From Octopus sinensis (Eukaryota): a stretch of 64,000 nt of DNA. The notes under the pieces are model-generated. The model was not told the DNA's origin. It ran no database searches and saw only the letters and a program-made list of their open reading frames with translations. The stretch spans positions 24,490,001-24,554,000 of the forward strand of contig NC_043017.1 of assembly GCF_006345805.1 (NCBI RefSeq). The letters are read 5' to 3'. Positions 62,976 through 64,000 of the stretch are shown piece by piece. Position 1 is the first letter of the stretch; the number at the start of each line of letters is the position of its first letter. The position numbers and the translations under genes are program-made.

Positions 62976-63910
62976 GCTATCAAATGTAATGCTTATTTAT
63001 TTACATTGTTTTGAATTATTCATGTATTATCTTGTAGCTTTCAATTTCAATGATGTGATTGTTTATTTTCAGAATGGTATTGTAGGGTAGGCAGGAGAGG
63101 CCTGATATGGCCTGCTTGAATACTAATGGGTTAAATGCTAAAACTTAAGGCAGCAAACTGGCAGAATAGGTAGTGTATTAGACAAAACACTTAGAAGCAG
63201 TTCTTCTGAGTCATTATGTTCTGAGTTCAAGTCCAGCTGAAATCAACTTTGCTTTTCAGGGTCAATGAAGTGCCAATTAAGTAAAAGGTTTGGGGTAAAC
63301 AATTTGAATTCTCTCTTCCCAGTTGCTGGCATTGTACCAAAATTAAATACAATTATTTGGCCATGCACTCCTCTTTTTTTCCTTTTTTTCATTTTAATTT
63401 TCATTTTGGTTTCCATATATATCTATATGGACCCATATATACCACACATTAAAAGATGAATTATTTGACTTGTTAGATAGAAGAATTTTTCTAAAAATAC
63501 TGTGTTAATTGTCCATCAGCCAAGAAAATGAATAAAAATAAACTAAAAAAGAAAGGAAGAATGAAGAAAAGAACTTTTTTTTTTAAATCCTTGTTTCAAA
63601 TTACTCTTTGGGTATTTTAGAACTTACTTGTAGGTGCATATTTTAATCAAATTATAAGTCTTTCTCCTACACATATTGTATGCATGCCCACACATACACA
63701 TAATGCTTGCGTAACGTGTATATGTGTTGTGTGTGTATACATATTTATATACGTGTGTGTATGTGTGTGTGTGTGTGTGTATATATATAGATAGATAGAC
63801 ACATACTCACATATGGATGTATATACACATACATATAGAAATATATACATACATAGTCACATATAGAACATATATAATTTGTATATATAATGTACATGTG
63901 TGTAAGTATA

Positions 63911-63980
<70 letters not shown>

Positions 63981-64000
63981 TGTGTGTGTTGTGTGTATAT

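Overview
AT-rich, repeat-dense animal genomic DNA. The SINE, MITE and microsatellite repertoire looks like an Octopus (coleoid cephalopod) genome; this is recognised from repeat content, not from a search. No complete protein-coding gene, rRNA, true tRNA or CRISPR array is supportable, and almost all listed ORFs are microsatellite or SINE read-throughs. The likely architecture is a CpG-retaining domain (~14.5-29 kb) flanked by CpG-depleted DNA, suggesting a divergent gene pair. The + strand gene has a candidate promoter and non-coding first exon inside a near-perfect 958-bp tandem duplication (20.56-22.48 kb), candidate uORF-laden 5'UTR exons, and a first coding exon at 27947-28090 encoding a signal-peptide-like N-terminus. 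A long TE-filled intron apparently follows to the window end. A - strand gene starting near 14.9 kb is only weakly supported. Recognisable TE fossils are a Tc1 transposase (8.4-9.5 kb), a CR1-type LINE 3' end (32.0-32.5 kb), several tRNA-derived SINE families, and piggyBac-, hAT- and Tc1/mariner-type MITEs. I cannot support a new multi-gene system. The best leads are minimal hammerhead-ribozyme motifs in short repeats, a head-to-head palindrome of tRNA-like heads, long intronic dsRNA hairpins (candidate ADAR substrates), the duplicated promoter with stacked uORFs, and a locally templated duplication. Repeat boundaries are approximate to a few tens of bases.
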